DNA from: Marsupella aquatica
Lineage: Eukaryota; Plantae; Marchantiophyta
Reading direction: 5' to 3'
DNA: 64,000 nt
Assembly: GCA_973895155.1 (NCBI GenBank)
Contig: OZ316893.1
Coordinates: forward strand, 11,351,660 to 11,415,659
The translations under genes were made by a program, and so were the position numbers. Below are positions 37,701-51,700 of this stretch, piece by piece (positions within the stretch are counted from its first letter, which is position 1; each line of letters opens with the position of its first letter). The notes under the pieces are model-generated. The model saw only the letters and a list, made by a program, of their open reading frames with translations, was not told where the DNA came from and ran no database searches.

Positions 37701-40700
37701 GTTCAACCTTTGGCTGCGAGTGAATATTTTGCTCATTTCAAAGCTACCAATTTGCTCAAGCATGTTGAGATTTGAGACAAGATTATTCATCTGCTCAGTT
37801 GTGATAACACCTGCAGAACCTCCACCAACACCTGCACTGTCATAGGACCCCCGCCTAGCAGCAGCAGCAGCATACTGCAAGCGAGAACCCCCTGCCTTCC
37901 TCCTCAGGACAGGAAGAGCTGGTGTCTTAATAGATTGTCTTTTCTCAGCCTCGCTTTGAGGTGCAGCGAAGAACGTCGCATCAGGAGGAGCACCTTCACC
38001 TATCAGATGAAGATGCTCAAATCGTGATACACAGGTGAGGATGTGTTCCCAAGCCTCTTGAAGGTAGTTTCCATCTTCGTCTGCGATGGAAATGATGGCC
38101 TGCAGGAAGAGAAAGAGGGGACTGTGATAGACAAATTTTTAAAAATTCCAAAGGTAACAGAAGAAATAGCTACGAGGGTAGAGCAAATGACTACATTTCC
38201 ATTCAGTCCTGTCAAGTATCCCGTCCGGAAGGTGAACCGAAATCTCATTCCAAATTTTAGCTAACAACGATTCCTTACACCCAACCTCTCCCAAAATCAA
38301 CACGAGAATCCAGCGACTTCACACATTATATACCGTCTTCTCGAACTCTTGGGCCATCTTGGACAAATAGAGCTGTAAGAACTACTACGTATATGACAGG
38401 ACAGGGAAAGAAGAAGCTTCAAGAACGCACCTTAATCGCATCAATATTTTTCTGCTTGATATCTGCAGCTGAATGTAGGGAAGTGAACTTTGCCAAAGAA
38501 GTGATGAAGGCATCACGCTGGGTCCTCATGGTCAACACAGAGGTTATATGGATTGCGTGTCGAAAACCCTCCAAACACTGGAAGGTCACAACCTCATCCT
38601 CACTCTTATCCAGAGGCACACTAAACGCAGCAAGCATAGGCGCCCAAGTGACATCAACCATGGGCCTCAAGAGCTCAACATCTGTAGCTGCGTAGTACAC
38701 TGACCTGTTAACAAAACAAGAAACTTGCTGTGAGGCGAATGTACTAATTTTCTCGATACGTTGGAAAACAATTTACGGCACTGATCAACCATTGATAAAA
38801 CCTCCTTTTTTAGATGTATAACAAAGTTCCAAATGCCGAGGGCTTACTCAGGTTTGCCGGCCTTTGCTTTGAACTGCTCTTGCATGTGTCGAATGACATC
38901 GTCACTTGTCTCTAGGACCACAGTGAACTCTTTTGGCTTGCGGATAACAATGTTCAGTATATGATCAAGGCCAGGAAACCTGTTCACATTTGTGGGCTGT
39001 TTACTTGGAACAAATTTGTCCTCCTTCATTTTAATTTCCTTGGAGACAATACGGTCGTAGAGAGCATTCATAAAGTCTTCAGGCAAATCCTTGCCATCAT
39101 CAATTTCTCGATTGTTTCGGATAAACTCGGCTTTTGACATCTGGAAAAGGATGCGAAAAAGCTCAGCTACCGGATCCATTCTACCCTCTGCCATCAGCTA
39201 CAACTAGGCGGAGACATGAGGATCCCCAGAAACTTTCTTGACAAAATATCACCATAATCAAATGCACCGCTGACAGAAGTATCGCTAGGGGGAGGCAGAT
39301 ACAAGCTATGCAGGGATGCTCATAATAGGTTTAAGGATCCACAAAACACACTTCACAAGTGGGAAACATCTTTAAAATCCTCAAAACAAATTCCCATATT
39401 CTGGCCACAGCTCACCAACAAAAATGCATCGACCCACCTTATGCTTGACCATCGGGCTGTGTGCATCAGTGTTGAGCAGGATAATCGAGTATGCGAGCAC
39501 ATACGCTGTATCTGCACTCGCAAAGAACTTGGGATTGCATTTGCAGTACCTTGAGGCGAATTTCTCCATGATTCGATCAATCTTTTGTGCCTCACCTGGG
39601 AGGCGAAAGCCTAGTAGAAAAGTTCTAATTGCTTCATCAAAATCTTGTTCTTCAAAATTAAAGGAATCCACATATGAATGCATGACACTCAACGACAAGT
39701 CCTCTTTCTCCCCCAGGTAGTCGCCAATCATTGTCTTATCCAAACCAGTAGTGGTTTTCAGGAAGGTAGCAATGTCCTCGGGAGAACTACCCAACTTTTC
39801 AGCTTTGATCAGGAACTCAATGCCTTTGCGAGGCTTCTTGTTGAATAGAGATATACCTTCCTGCAACCGTGTCAATCTGAAGATTCAGTTCTGAGGAGCA
39901 GGCTATACTGAACACAACGTTAATAACTGCCATATCAACAATGTGAACCAAATCTAGGGTGATGATTCAAAACAGTGCATTGCAAAACATTTCTAGTAAG
40001 CGTCAGACGGTTGGTTTGCTGTGGGTTTTAACCTGAAACTCAAGTTTATATGCCCGGCGCTGCTCAAATGATGCAGCTTCTGAAGTTTCTGGCCCAGCCT
40101 CCGAGCAACTTTCCCCTTCCTCTGCGGGTGTATTTTCCTCACCACCGTCAGGAGCATGCCCAGAAACTCCAGACGACTCGCTCGTACTCTCATCGGTGTC
40201 TACAGTCTTCAGATACGGAGAGTCTGTGAGCCTCAGCTGACGATTCAACCAATCACCCATCGACCTCAACACTCCTACCAGACACTTGATGGCTGCCAAC
40301 TTCAAGGCGGCATCCTGTTGTGGATTAAGACTTGCTTCTGCTCCCGGTGGCACTCCTTGGGCAGTTTTCAGTAATCCATTGACCATTCTGCATATCAGCG
40401 CACAAGAGAGCTTAAACTTCAGCCGCACATATTCAAAGTACTGAAAGAAGCTAGTTGCAATCAAAATAGGCGCAAAAGATCTTACAACATGCTGTGAACG
40501 ATTGTTAGGAGTTTAAATCTAATATGTTCGTTCTCAAGAGGAATTTTGCAAGGATGATTCTTTACCAAAAACAGTTGATACACACCTTTCAAATATATTG
40601 GAGGAGTCGACATCACAGTCATAATTGACAAATATGTCCACCAAAATTTGTGGATCAACACAAAGCTTCTCCAAAAATCGCAGGACAATCATCTTCTGAG

Positions 40701-42607
40701 AGTAGTTTGGATGTGCAACATTCTCTAAGACTCTGAGAACTATCATCGGAAAAAATACTCCAATCTCTGCTTTCAATCCAGCTCGAAATCTGGATACAAG
40801 GCTCATGAAAATCGAGCAGGAAAGCTGAAATACATTCATCATAGGAGATGCGATGTTCTTTAATAAAGACAAACATAGATATTGCTTGATGGCACCCAGA
40901 AACCTGCATTCACAAATCAAGTAAGAAGTTAGCGTCTGCACATAAAATCCGCATCCACTTGGGTATGGTTACGTGGCAAAATCACGACCGATCTCTAGAT
41001 ACGCACCAAAATTGTAGATATCGTTTCATGGATGGATTCGTTTGTATTCGAGTGACAATTTCCTCTACTTCTTTAAGATCCACATATAGAAATCAGAACA
41101 ACCTCCTCAAGTACGATTACTTGAGATTTGGCCACCCGGCTCGTAGTTATGTTTTCGGATGACTTGCGGCAATCAAAGGTCACAAACCGTCAAATACAGA
41201 AATCTACCTATATGTGAGAAGCAACTATGAGGAAAGTATGGAGTGAATAATTAGATATTCCCTCCGTTGTTCCATTGTATGAGATCTGCAGATGTAACCA
41301 GATGCGGGTTAAAATTCCCAATCTCAAGTATATAAGAAGTTTTACCTGTCACTAGTGCGGAAAACTGCCCCAGCATTTTCGAGCAAAATTTTCAACAATT
41401 CCAGCGCTACGATCTTGCCACGAAGTGAGAATGGATCTACATTCCCCTCCTGCGGTGGATTTTTCATCGAAAGCTTACACAGGGCCCTGAATACCAAGAA
41501 AGCATCTCGGCGAAGCTTATTTGTTATTTGGACATCCAAGTCCCCTTCCTTGTCTCCATCTACATCCGAAAGTTCACCTTTTCTGCCCTCCAAGGCTGTC
41601 TTATACATACTAATTTCCCAGTACTTAGCGTCTAGCATATCCTTATCAGTGGACTCCAGTATATCAGCGGGATTGCTGCTCTCGCTAGCTGTGGCATCGA
41701 ACGCTCCATCATGCTTATTTGTCTTCAACGGGGGAACTGGACTAAGGACAACCTCCACATCCTGGACAACCTTTGCTATGAATCCCTGCACGAACTGTGT
41801 CACCCCGGCGTCAGAACTAGATCGCTCGGCTGGCTCCATCAGATCCGCCACCACGATTGGCGACACGGGAACTGTAGATGAATCAGCTTCCATTCTCCGG
41901 AACACAATGACTAACATTTGAGTGAGGGAGGCCTTCGCAGTCGTTTGATTGACAGGGCTCTTACTCCCAAGGAACACATTGTAGCAAGTTCGCACCGCTT
42001 TGAGGAGGCAATCGCCATGAACACGCAGAGAAGAGGACGTCACGGCCGAGAGAAGCGTCTTCAGAACCAGCAACTCGATGTCCGAATCTCCCATGTCGTA
42101 ACACTTACAAACCGACTCCATCACTTGCAGCAGAAGCTTCCCGCCTCCGGAATCACTCCCCGAGTCCATTTCCCCCCTTAAGTGTCCATGTGCGATGAGC
42201 TTTTGGAAACAATCCAATGCCGGCTCCACAACTTTCGTAGACAAAGTATCGCAGGCCTCACACAACGGTGTAATTATCAGCTCTGCATCCGCTAAGCTGT
42301 AGCACTTATTCTCATCGAACAGCGGGCTGTCAAACTCTGGAGCCTGCTCAGAGGCACCACCGACAGTCTCGCCATTTTCGGGAGGTGCTCCATCGTTTCC
42401 ATTCGTCGATGCTGCAGATGGAGATGGTGGTGGAGGAGGAGATGCAGGGACAGGGGTTAGTTCAGGGCTGGCGAGCTTGTCAAGCACGGCCTTACAATCC
42501 GCCACAAGCTTTCCATGCTTCCTCCAAGCTGCATTCTTCACCACCTTGTCCAGCGCCGGTGCGACGACCTTCGCCAGCTTACTGTTGGCAACCACGGCAG
42601 CCCCCAT
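34790..42607 (-). CDS. BIG2: Brefeldin A-inhibited ARF guanine nucleotide exchange factor (BIG1-4 type, BIG2/3-like); about 11 exons
   Basis: N-terminal KNAAWRKHGKL, DCB/HUS domains (RRDAFLVFRALCKLS, VNYDCD), Sec7 FRLPGEAQKIDRIM and IILLNTDAH, HDS domains (NMSRIRLVW, IKSGWK-like, YFWFPLLAGL), C-terminal LISCEHGSGEVQ. Exact ortholog uncertain. Confidence 0.95.
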
Positions 42608-43279
42608 CGCTGCAATGCTCCTGCCCTGTCTGCTCCAATTCAACCCAAAGCTCTCGTTCAAGAGCCCTAAACACGAGAAACTACATCCAAAATTCCAGTT
42701 TCTATCCGATCGCCCGCGACAACCCGAGGCGCAAATTCAATCGATCTAATTCGACAGGCCTCCTGCCGATCGAGAGAGCACAATTGGAACGCAGTGAGTA
42801 GGCTATTCAACACAGAAATGGGCAAGATCTGCGCAAAATGCATCGTTATTCCTCGATGCGCAACGTCGATTTGAAGAAAGAGGGAAACGAAAACTCGATC
42901 ACGAAAAGAGAGAGAGGGAGAGAGAGAGGTCCGAGGAAAGAAGGAAGGCCCAGCCGCTAAGATTGGCGGGCCCATGCTAATAGTCCCTGAGAGTGGCCCG
43001 CCGCTAAAGTTGGAGAGTCCCAGCTAGTGTCGCTTTGGTTTGCCACTGCGCTAAGATTGGCGGCAGCTGCTAGTGTTACTGAGGTTCGAGACGTCGATTG
43101 TTCTGAACACTAGTTTGCGTTTGCCTTGATGTGAGGACCGCCATTTTGAAGGCGCGGCTGCGTTTGCCCCCCTATGTTTAGTGGCTCCGCTAGTCCGCTG
43201 GGCTTGTCACTACGGTACTCTGTGTCCGCCAGCCCTCCCTCGTGGGGCGGGACGTGCGTAGTCAAAGGCTGATTATTTG

Positions 43280-43502
43280 GCAGTGACACTTTACAGTCAA
43301 GTCTTCTTGAGTGCACACTCGATAAGTGCAAAACCTGGGTAATTGCAAGGCATCTCATTATACCTTTTTTTTCTCTGACCATTTTTTTCACTTTCTTTGC
43401 AAAGTGACACTTGACAATCAGCTCTTCCTGAATGCACATTCCATTAGTGCAAAACCTGGATAATTGCAAGGCATCCCATACTTCCCCTTTTTTCCTGACC
43501 AC
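43280..43502. repeat. Direct duplication of ~120 bp upstream of BIG
   Basis: AGTGACACTT.ACA.TCA...AGTGCAAAACCTGG.TAATTGCAAGGCATC.CAT...TTTTT..CTGACCA twice. Confidence 0.8.
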
Positions 43503-45494
43503 TTTGCAGTTTTTATTGGTGCAAAGAGGGCTCCTCTGAATTTGACAGATATGTAATCGAAAAGCTGTCTACAAGGGTTTGTGTACACATGGGTAAGGGG
43601 CACACAATCCAATGTCCTCTTAGGGATAAGTGCATACCATTTCCAAGCAGTTAATGTTGCAGTTATGAGGTGTTGACAGGGATTTACTATGGGGATGTAG
43701 AATCCGAGGGAATTAAAATTCTACTTTAACATCAGATGACAACTTCTCTAATGTGGGGGAAGCGGAAACACTGAAGGTCAAGGCTTTTGAGCTGCAAGAA
43801 GAATCTCCCGAGAAAGGAACCATATATAAGTGCAAAGCCCTCGCTTCTGGAGGAAGTGTGCATTTAGGAAGAGTAAACTAAAGTTTACCCTTCCACGCTC
43901 CTCTGAGATTGAGGTGGGTGTTACATTGGCCTCATCCCTGGGTGTCAACCTGGCTACAGTTGTTCTTGGGACTTGGGTAACATCTGGTGGGAAAACGCGT
44001 GTGCTTAATGATCCATGATGCCACAAGAAAATTGTAAATTGTAAGTCCTTTCAAGCGAGAAACTTGCTGAAGAGATATATTCATCTTGATCATGCTCTGG
44101 AGATGTACAGAAGTAGGCATATGGCTGTATCAATAGACAGCTCCGCAATCTCAGGAAGATTATAGGTTTCCTTAGCACTAACAATAGTATGACCATATTT
44201 TGCACAAATCAAAGTAAGAACGTGCTGGAGTGTTGTGGGGAGCAGGTTGCCCATGTCTCGAAGAGATTGCCAAATCAGTGAGTTGCTGTATTGGGAGCAT
44301 ATTGTTTTCTGGCTGCCCAAGTCTCGCAGAGATATGTCAAACCCGTGGGGGTATGACTTCTGAGCCTCCAGGGTCACCTTATGTTCCCTGAGATTTTGAA
44401 GTGTCCTTTGAAATGTGGCGATGAAGGTGCCGTTGCCTAGGGGAGAGAACGAAACTCCGATTTAGTTTACTCTGGACTCTAATAAGCATATATCAATATG
44501 CCGCGGAAAGAGAAAGATGTTTCTTTTGGGTGAAGTAGCAAGTTACATTTGAGGCAAGAAGGTGATCTTAACCAAGCAAACAAACACTTTCTCGTTCATT
44601 CTACATGTTTACTGGTCATAGCAAGTCAAGTTCACAATACAGCAATACAAAACCTGACTGCCAAAACAACTATGCACAAAAATTGAAAAAGTCTTGCAAG
44701 AAAATAAAAGTTTGGACCCACTGCCAAGCGAATTCTAGAAATACGGATCAATCCGCTAAATGTTTTGACGATGCTTTCATCCGTTCACATTGAATATTTC
44801 CTCAACACCTTTGCACGTTCGGTGAGAAATGCAAGATCAACTTCGGTCGAGAACAGAAGTAACTGAGAGGTAACGTTTGAACAGTGCAGGAATTCTTCAT
44901 TAACCTACTCAGGTGGTCTACAAAATTGAGAAATCAGAGTAAACGGGTAAACCTTGGCCCAAAGATAGGGAAGTACTACCCACTTTCAGCACGAATTTTA
45001 AGCCGGCATGTAGAGTAACACTCAGCCTGCGTAGCAGAAATGTCTTACAACATAGACCTAATTCACAGACGGTGGCCCTGGTCTTGATGATTCTGATTCT
45101 ACAGTGACAGAATTGTCTCGTGTCTTGCTTGAAAGAGATGAAGTCCATTCTGACTGGGAGGATCTCGATACCTTTCTCTTTAATATTCTAAAGTCATAGG
45201 AGAAAAGTGGCTCTCAGAATTCCAATTTCCAGACTTCCAAGCCAACCTGCCCAAAAACTCTAGCAATCCCACCGCCTTCGATACTGTAAGTGGCACCACG
45301 CCAGTCGCTGTACTAACTGCTGGCATAGGCAGTTAGCCTGCCACAAGTAACATGTATATCACCTTTGCAGATCGGATATCTGAGGCATGGACTTGTACGC
45401 CAGCTGATAACTAGATAACCCAGAGCTTAAGAACCAGAAGATTTTTCCACATGGCGTCACATTAGGTCGTCATCTGAAGGTAATCAATGCAGAA

Positions 45495-47737
45495 TTACAT
45501 TTCTCCACACTCTGCAATCACGCAGGCAAGCTTTGGCCTGTTGTTCGGACCCGTTTGTACATTCTCGATCTTCCGCACAACCAGAAGACTTTCACCCAGA
45601 ACCCTCTGCACATGGAGTCAAACAAAACATGATTAGAACAGATATGAACACCACGAGGGTGATTATTTCAGGAACCAAAACTGGATTTGTGGTCACAAGT
45701 ATTAGCCAAGGTTTTTGTCCACATTCAAAACCCGACTGACTACTTACCCCGAAGACGACGTGCTTGTTGTCAAGCCATTCACACTTTGCGCATGTGATGA
45801 AAAACTGCAACCACAATCAATCAAACACAAAGAAGATTGAGCCGCAAGAAAATGCCGATTTACAATCAAAATAGCCATTGACACATCCTGAATCTTATAA
45901 GGCACATGCATTTCCACTGAAATTTCCAGTGTATGAAGATGGAGATCAAACCTGACATCCATTGGTACCAACTCCACTGTTTGCCTGAGAAAGACGCAAA
46001 GACGCACTGTCAGTACCACCATGCTTCTTGTATACTTCATAAAAGAGGGGAATATTTGACTCACTGTCAGCACCACTATACGTATTGTATACCTTATAAT
46101 AGAGGCAAAAATGTACGTAGAGATCACTCATCACTGCAGTATCTTCGTTCCCTCAGACATCGAAAGGTGCTGCGAACAGAGGAATATTACCTCAAAATAA
46201 CTAGGGGTTTAGGTATAGGGTTGAAACATTCATCAGCTTCCAGTCTGGAGGAACTTAAGAGTGAACGATACGGTTACTGTACCTCAATTTAAAACTGACG
46301 GTTTAGGGTGTAAAGTTTAACATTCAGTCAGCTTCAGTCTGAATGAACTTCAGAGTGAACGATACGATTACCTCAAACTAAAAATGAGGGTATAGGGTTT
46401 AAACATTCAGTCAGGTTCCAGTCTGAAAGAACTTAAGAGTGAACGATACGATTACCTGAAAATAAAAATGAGGGTATAGAGTTTTAACATTCAGTCAGGT
46501 TGGAGTCTGAAAGAACTTAAGAATGAACGATACGGTTACCGCAAGATAAAACTGAGGATGTAGGATTCAAATATTCAGTCAGCTTCCAGTCTGAAAGAAC
46601 TAAAGAGTGAACGATACGGTTGTTATACCTCAAAATAAAACTGAGATAAAACTGAGGGTTTAGGAAGTCGAGTTTAACCATACAGTCAGCTTCTAGTCTG
46701 AAAGAACTTACGGTTACCTCAAAACTAAGGGTTTAGGGTGTAGGGTTACAACATTCAGTCAGCTTCCAGTCTGAAAGAACTTAAGAATGAACGATACGGG
46801 ACAAAACCTCCTAGCTCCTAACTCGTGACAACCTAAGAGAAATTGTATGCTCGTTTGCACGCGAGGAAATTTCAAATTTGCTCTATTCGTCTTGCACTGA
46901 AATATCAAACCAGTGCGTACCATTGACAACAACCCAGGGCCCGTGTGTTTAGCGGTAAAGTTTTCATCTTCAAATTTGCTGCCGTAGATGCTCACACACC
47001 CGCTTCCATCTCCCTGACATCAGGAAGGCGAAAAGGATCAGATTTCCAAAATGCATTCCACGGCCGAAAAACACGTCTGACATGAGGAATCCCCACTACT
47101 TCCTTCACTGTTGTCGACCATTCCCAACAAGATTAGGCTATCCGGGGAAAAGACGACCTCTCGTCGATTTATTACCTTCACAAAGTCTCCTCCCTGCATC
47201 ATGAAGTCCTTGATAACACGATGAAAACTGGAACCTTTGTACCCAACCGGAATTCCTGCCTTCCTGCGGGCCCACACAGTCGAGTCCATACATTGCACAG
47301 ATGAAGCAAGTATTCCACGGACTAGCACTGTGCAATTGAAAGGTGGACAGTTCCATCGTCATCTGTTTTGTTTCTCAGTACGAGGCCAAGGGCCCTAGCA
47401 ACCACAAATGGTCAAGACCAACTCACCGGAATTCTCCCGTGCAAAATTGCCTGTCAAACCAGCAATGCCACATTAGTTTTGTTCACAGGCCCCAAAGCGA
47501 ATTAATTCCAGCAGAGCGAGAGATTTAAAAATCTAAACCTACAATTGAAAATGAAGGAGCAGGGCGCGACGAGGGACCGGAGTATCACCTGACGTTTTCA
47601 GCTGTTTTGGGGACAATGTCCACGAAGAGCTCCATCTTTATCCGCCCTGCTGCCAAGCTCCCAATGGTGATGTCAAAAAAGACTATGGGATTCTTAGGAT
47701 TTGGAGGACGAACGTGCCACTCCACCACTCCCGCCAT
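45495..47737 (-). CDS. CYP22: Cyclophilin H-type peptidyl-prolyl isomerase (U4/U6 snRNP; CYP22/PPIH-like); 7 exons: 47737-47589, 47450-47427, 47263-47176, 47013-46921, 45984-45952, 45804-45748, 45605-45495
   Basis: [104 protein letters not shown] boundaries keep frame. Confidence 0.95.
46187..46800. repeat. Intronic minisatellite, 7 copies of ~84 bp, in cyclophilin intron 4
   Basis: ACATTCAGTCAGCTTCCAGTCTGAAAGAACTTAAGAGTGAACGATACG(G/A)TTACCTCAAAA near 46226, 46320, 46403, 46487, 46571, 46678 and 46751. Confidence 0.95.
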
Positions 47738-47920
47738 GGTTCGGTTGATGGGTGTATGCCTCGAATGATGTAGCGCAAACCTTTCTGTTTCCAACAATGT
47801 CCCCTTCAACTGCTCACCTCCACAACTTTCTTCCCACTTTTATGAAGGTTTTGACAGGGGTTTAGGTTTCAGAACCAGTCAGACGCGGTATCGGAGGTCT
47901 GCTGTCAATATGCTACAATT

Positions 47921-48775
47921 TGGGTGAGGCACCACTAGGGGGTCTCAAATTAGTCCATTAATTTTTCTGCTTCGACTGCACTGGGCGAGGCACCACTAGG
48001 GGGTCTCGCAAATTAGTCCAAATTTTTTTGCTTTGATTGTCCCCGGGAATGTTGTGGTTTGGGACAACAATCATGATTGGTCTATTGTAGTTTGGGACAA
48101 CAATCATGACTGGTTAAACACTGATTATGAGAATCGACGCAAAAGGCCCAATTTCTCAGTAAACACAATACCATACAATGTGTTGTGAGGTCACTCGCTT
48201 TTCCATACCCTAAAAAATAATTGCCCAGTTTGTTCCCTGTTGCAATGCCATTGATTATGAGAATCGACTTAAAAGGCCCAATTTCTCAGTAAACACAATA
48301 CCATACAATGTGTTGTGAGGTCACTCGCTTTTCCATACCCTAAAAAATAATTGCCCAGTTTGTTCCCTGTTGCAATGCTCCCAACTGCCTCACAGACCTC
48401 CCTTGAGATGCCAGTTTCTTCCGATGAGACGCCCTACTAATACTGGAGAGAGACTCCTGACAACTTTGAACCTACCCTCAGATTCCTCTAATTTGCAGTC
48501 GCCACTGAAACGTAGCTTCGGCACCAAGGCTCTGGACAATTTTCAGCGAGTCAACATGGTCCTCAAAAAAGCATTCCTTACCATTCCCTAAATTGATTTA
48601 AACTCTCTTGTCCTGATAAGTGTAAGGTGCAAAAGTACTTTTTTTGTCTCTATTTTTTGCTTTTGTGTCTAGTCTAAGCTGTCCTCAAAAATGCATCCCC
48701 TACCACTCCCCAAATTGATTTAAACTCTCTTGTCCTGGTAAGTGTAAGGTGCAAAAGTACTTTTCTTGTCTCTTT
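47921..48775. repeat. Three consecutive tandem duplications upstream of the cyclophilin (~62, ~130 and ~122 bp)
   Basis: GGG.GAGGCACCACTAGGGGGTCTC twice (47921, 47983); near-identical 48122-48248 and 48252-48378; GTCCTCAAAAA.GCAT...AAGGTGCAAAAGTACTTTT twice (48559, 48681). Confidence 0.9.
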
Positions 48776-51700
48776 TTGTTTCTGGTTTTTTTGTCAAGAA
48801 TTTCTTGACAAGGTTGTCTGTTTCATTCTCATTTTGGAGGACAAGACCACAAGGGCTGCCCTTGCCCTTGGTTCTCACTTTGTATCTCATGAGCCCTGCC
48901 TAAAGAGGAGGTTCCTTCACAAAATTCTCAGTTAATATGTTACTGCCATCTATGGAGTTGAGGGCCAGAAAACTAAATACCTCATACGTGCAAGACAGCT
49001 CTAAGCTTCCTGTAGCAAGGCTACAATGCTCTGTTTCTGTCAGGTCCTGTTGTGGAGAGCTAACTAAAGACAGATGTATATAGTAGTTTAGTCTTCTGAT
49101 GTCCATGGACACTAATGTAGAGTAGTGCAACTATTTGAGACCAAGGACAGACCCTCAAAATTTTGCCCTCCTCTCTCAGCCTGCTTCATTTGTGAACTAG
49201 AGTTGTAATGTGTACTAGGATAACCCATCCCCAAGAGGGAGTACTGGGATGTAATCCCGGAGGGCGCTGAGCCCAAGGAGGTTTCAGCCCATTGTCTCCA
49301 AACAAGGATGAGTTACCAAGCATAAAGCCCAAGTGCATTTCCTGGTTGCGGATGTATAGTTTGTAAAATTTGGCAATAGTTTCATTGTCCTCTACATTGC
49401 CTGTGTGAAACGTTTATGTTTTGACTTAATTGTGCTGCCACTAGTGTGGTGACTGTGCTTTGTTCTGAAGGTAATTGCAGGTAACTTGGTCAAACTCTGA
49501 GGTAACTTTTGGTTGACTGTAGGTGATGTAACACATTATGGTAAATTATTGAAAAGCTGGCGGGATTGGAGTTTTGAATAGCATTTCGAGGGTGAAATGC
49601 AAAGTTCAATACCTGCATTGGATTTAGGTCTTTCAACGGTTCTGGTTTTTTAGGTCAAAACATTTTTTATCTTTTGGGAGAGCATGAATCCTTTGTTTTT
49701 GCTCACAATTTTTGGATCTCAATTTTCCAAGATGAATTGAATGTCTCAACCCATAAATGTCAGTGGTTTGGAACATTCCTAAAACTATCGATTCAATCGA
49801 AACTCTGATACAAAATTGATTTTTTGAATTAGTTCATGGACCCCTTGGCTAATAAAATCAGGGGGAATAGTCGATCTGAGCCGTCTCCATTTCTTATCTC
49901 CGGAAATCTCGTCCGTCCATCATAATGGCCAATCTATGGCTCAAAAGAAAGATCTCAAATAGATCTATGGATGGGTTCTGTCCGTTTTGCAAATGGGTTA
50001 ATATTTTTCAAATGAAAAATTAAACAAATCCAAGCCTTCCTAGCCGTCGATTTTGTTGATTTTACGATCTTTGCCATCCATTTTGTAATGCTTCTAGAAA
50101 TCTTATTCATCCATGTTAGAAGGCGATCTAGGGTGCAAAAGAAAGATCTCAATGAGATCTGCGACTGGGTATTTTTTGTTTTGAGAATGAGTAAATAGTT
50201 TTGAGTATAAAATTCGATGAACGTTCAAGATTCCAGCCATTCCTCCTCCCCGATCCTGGGTTTCTATGTGCTCTTCCCAGCATTACTGGCCGTACAATAC
50301 GAGAGGTCCTTACATACCGGGAGTTGCGGTTTAACAAGGAAGTTATCAAGTTAGTTATTAGTCATTATTTATTATATGAAAAATATTTTTTATAAATCTT
50401 TGAATTTAAGTTTTAAAATTGGAAATGTAACTAAAACGGTTACATAGTGACAGTTTTAACCATCTTGCTCTTTGCATTTCCAATGTTTTTACTTTTCTTT
50501 TTACGGCACGGCGTCCCAAAATTTACATCCAAATTGACACAAACACGAATAAAAACTATAAGTTTGATTCACAAAACCAACGAGTCTTGTTTGTTGCGGT
50601 TGTTGTTGACATGGCACGCTGTGGTGCCAGGAATTTTGGAAGGGACCTCTAATGGGGTCCGTAACTAATACACAGGTTTGACTGTAAAAAGTCACTGATT
50701 TTGGGAGAATAAGCAAAAAATTAAAACATCCTTCTCATGTGCGCAAATAGTTACCTCTAGACAATAACTCTAGATAACGGTAAAACTAATAAGGACAAAA
50801 CTAAAAGTAATGTGCATGCCAAAAACACAGATGGGGACAAAGATAAAGCAAAAGAACATAAGTTTTTTTTATAAATAAAATAGAATTCTTATCTCTATTT
50901 ACCTTCCTTGAAGGGGCAGCAATCAGGCTAGTGAGTATGGATGGGCACAAGAGTCTAGGTATAGGGAGCCAGCTTCATGTGCTTACTCCAGGTTATTTGG
51001 GCTAATATTAGTTTTTAAATCACAAGCTACATGTTACATCAACCCATATAGTAGGGCCTCTCAAACTAGCTCATTCCTGTGACCAAAATGAAGTGGGCCA
51101 GGTCATGGACCAAAAATATGCAGTTTCTGCAAAAGATGTCTGTCACTAACTTGGGTGGTCAGGGTACCCGCCGTCCTCACCAAAATTGTGTTGTGCAATA
51201 TGTGTCAGCGCCCTTCAAGAATGGTTTGCAGCCTTCAAGAATTTCAGCAACCATTCTAAAATTGTCGGCGCCCAGCTCTCGGCTCATTTGACCCGCTCAC
51301 GGGAGCGTGTTGAAATCCATCTCAAACCTGAAACCCTGTGTATTAAGTTGGCCGGAAAGTTGGATTTTGGTCTAGGTTGTGGACATAGATTACATAGAAT
51401 GGCTGCAGACATAGATTTCATAGATTTCTTGGAACTGCTGCAGGCATAGATTTCTTGGAATGGCTGACCAAAAAACAGGGAGAGAGCAAGTTTGAGATGC
51501 CCTAGTGGATAAAGGTGATGACAACACTGCCAAAAACGCCCATCTGTTGAGGAATGATGCGGGAAATTATAATGAGATTCCTCTCTATAGAATGAATGGG
51601 TGCATCTCTTTATATAGTCTCCGTCCGAGTTATCCTATATGGTAACTATGGTTAAGGTAACCATGGAGTCTAGTTAGGGTATAACACTCCCCCTTGGCTA

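Noticed and set aside
34806-42801. Long + strand ORFs opposite BIG (e.g. 41355-41921), and similar ones opposite RDR, EXO1 and PRK
   Set aside because: Antisense shadows of real coding exons.
43700-44400. Broken - strand ORFs that might be a LINE remnant
   Set aside because: No RT, endonuclease or zinc-finger motif that I can recognise.
46187-46800. CRISPR-like or snoRNA-cluster interpretation of the regular array
   Set aside because: Eukaryotic intron, units are similar over their whole length with no unique spacers, no cas genes, and no convincing box C (RTGATGA).
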